Source: Octopus sinensis
Lineage: Eukaryota
Assembly: GCF_006345805.1 (NCBI RefSeq)
Contig: NC_043000.1
Coordinates: 15,810,001 to 15,874,000, forward strand
DNA: 64,000 nucleotides
Reading direction: 5' to 3'
Shown in pieces: positions 62,327-64,000 of this stretch (position 1 is the stretch's first letter; every line of letters starts with the position of its first letter). Below the pieces are notes generated by a model that was given only the letters and a program-made list of their open reading frames with translations, ran no database searches and was not told the origin of the DNA. The translations under genes were made by a program, and so were the position numbers.

Positions 62327-62745
62327 AGGTGCAGGAGTGGCTGTGTGGTATGTAGTTTGCTTACCAACCACATAGTTCCGGGTTCTGTCCCACTGCGTGG
62401 CACCTTCGGCAAGTGTCTTCTACTATAGCCTCAGGCCAACCAAAGCCTTGTGAGTGGATTTGGTAGACGGAAACTGAAAGAAGCCTGTCGTATATATGTA
62501 TATATATATATATGTGTGCGTGTGTGTTTGTGTGTCTGTGTTTGTCCCCCTAGCATTGCTTGACAACCGATGCTGGTGTGTTTATGTCCCTGTAACTTAG
62601 CAGTTCGGCAAAAGAGACCGATAGAATAAGTACTGGGCTAACAAAGAATAAGTCCCGGGGGTCGAGTTGCTCGACTAAAGGCGGTGCTCCAGTATGGCCG
62701 CAGTCAAATGACTGAAACAAGTAAAAGAGTAAAAGAGAGAGAGAG
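62327..62745 (+). mobile_element. SINE family A inserted in a piggyBac-type MITE
   Basis: Full-length, little-diverged copy. Confidence 0.92.
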
Positions 62746-62790
62746 TAATCATCAAAGTCTAAAAGCTACAAGATAGTACATGATGAATTT

Positions 62791-63399
62791 AAAGGCGGCA
62801 AGCTGGCAGAAATGTTAGCGCACCAGGCAAAATGCTTAGCTGCATTTTGTCTGCCGTTACGTTCTGAGTTCAAATTCCTCCGAGGTTGACTTTGCCTTTC
62901 ATCCTTTCGGGGTCGATAAATTAAGTACCAGTTACGCACTGGGGTCGATGTAATCGACTTAATCCGTTTGTCTGTCCTTGTTTGCCTCTTCTGTGTTTAG
63001 CCCCTTGTGGGTAGTAAAGAAATAAATAGGTATTTCATCTGCCGCTACGTTCTGAGTTCAAATTCCGCCAAGGTCGACTTTGCCTTTCATCCTTTCGGGG
63101 TCGATAAATTAAGTACCAGTTACGCACAGGGGCCGATGTAATCGACTTAATCCGTTTGTCTGTCCTTGTTTGCCCCCTCTGTGTTTAGCCCCTTGTGGGT
63201 AGTAAAGAAATAAATAGGTATTTCATCTGCCGCTACGTTCTGAGTTCAAATTCCGCCAAGGTTGACTTTGCCTTTTATCCTTTCGGGGTCGATAAATTAA
63301 GTACCAGTTACGCACTGGGGTTGATGTAATCGACTTAATCCGTTTGTCTGTCCTTGTTTGTCCTCTCTATGTTTAGCTTCTTGTGGGCAATAAAGAAAT
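62791..63399 (+). mobile_element. SINE family B with three tandem body units
   Basis: About 185-bp unit x3, near-identical. Confidence 0.92.
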
Positions 63400-63626
63400 A
63401 TGATTAATTTAAAACAATGTGGATAAATAAACATTACATCTGACAGAGTAATATGAATGCTAATGGGTTAAAAAAAAAGGAAAAGGGGTGAGGCATACTG
63501 TTGGCAAATTTAGGGGAAACATGGAACTATGTTAGGTTTACTTTGAAGCCTCTTAATTCTAAGTTTTGTTTCCATATTTGGAATTTCTTCACTAATCATT
63601 TTAAGTAAGAAGAAAATATTTCATAC

Positions 63627-63782
63627 TTTTGTTCTTCAAGAAAGAATCTGCCTCTTTTTTTGTGACGGTATGGTAAATGACACAAAGTTCAGCTATATTT
63701 GGAGAAATGTAAGTAAACATGTTTTGAGCAGCGGTGAGGAATGGTAGAGCGGCTTTGTCTATGTCTGTAGGTTCAAACCATA
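63627..63782 (-). CDS. Internal coding exon A of a PfkB-family kinase, probably the pseudouridine kinase domain of a pseudouridine-metabolizing bifunctional protein
   Basis: Acceptor tttttttacag|TA and donor AAAA|gtatga. Translates (V)WFEPTDIDKAALPFLTAAQNMFTYISPNIAELCVIYHTVTKKEADSFLKNK, with the VWFEPT and SPNxxEL PfkB motifs. Phase 1 to phase 1, compatible with the next exon. Upstream exons lie outside the window. Confidence 0.9.
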
Positions 63783-64000
63783 CTGTAAAAAAAAAAAGTA
63801 GAATGGCACGTTCAGTCAGTAATAAGACTACAAACACGGAGAGTACAGTTTTTATAGTTAGCTTAATTAGATTTACCTTAAGGTTTCTTTTACTACTTAC
63901 CTGGAACATTGTGTTTTCTGCAAAGTGTTGCCACAATGAGTATTATTTCTTGAGATAAATTGCCATCAATACAGACCAATGGAGCATTTTGCAGTTTTTC

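Larger units (their letters stand above)
62209..63467. mobile_element. piggyBac-type MITE interrupted by two SINE insertions
   Basis: TTAA at 62205-62208 and 63468-63471; MITE body resumes at about 62746-62790 and 63400-63467. Confidence 0.8.

Overview
This is AT-rich, repeat-saturated animal genomic DNA. The SINE families and microsatellite load look like an octopus or other coleoid cephalopod; that is an inference from the repeats, not a database result. The only host gene I can support is the 3' part of a minus-strand spliced gene. Its four exons (63782-63627, 60327-60158, 50230-50148, 38618-38465) have canonical AG/GT sites and matching phases. They join into a PfkB/ribokinase-family kinase domain (VWFEPT, YISPNxxEL, IVTMGELGV, VSGAGD), most like the kinase half of the pseudouridine kinase/glycosidase fusion protein; its 5' part lies beyond the window end. 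The rest is mobile DNA: several tRNA-headed SINE families, fragments of CR1/L2-group, RTE, R4/Dong-like, I-group and Penelope-like retroelements, and mariner, pogo, hAT and piggyBac-type DNA transposons, often nested. There is also a decayed U6 snRNA copy. The most notable signals: (i) at least six hammerhead-ribozyme motifs, including a tRNA-headed SINE-like element carrying one; (ii) a cluster of perfect palindromes and foldback elements at 29.6-38.9 kb, one just downstream of the gene's stop codon; (iii) SINE/LINE 3'-tail sharing and tail swapping visible within the window; (iv) a locally templated insertion with microhomology. Almost all long entries in the ORF track are microsatellite or SINE translation artefacts. 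Repeat boundaries were read by eye and are approximate unless a TSD or TIR is quoted.
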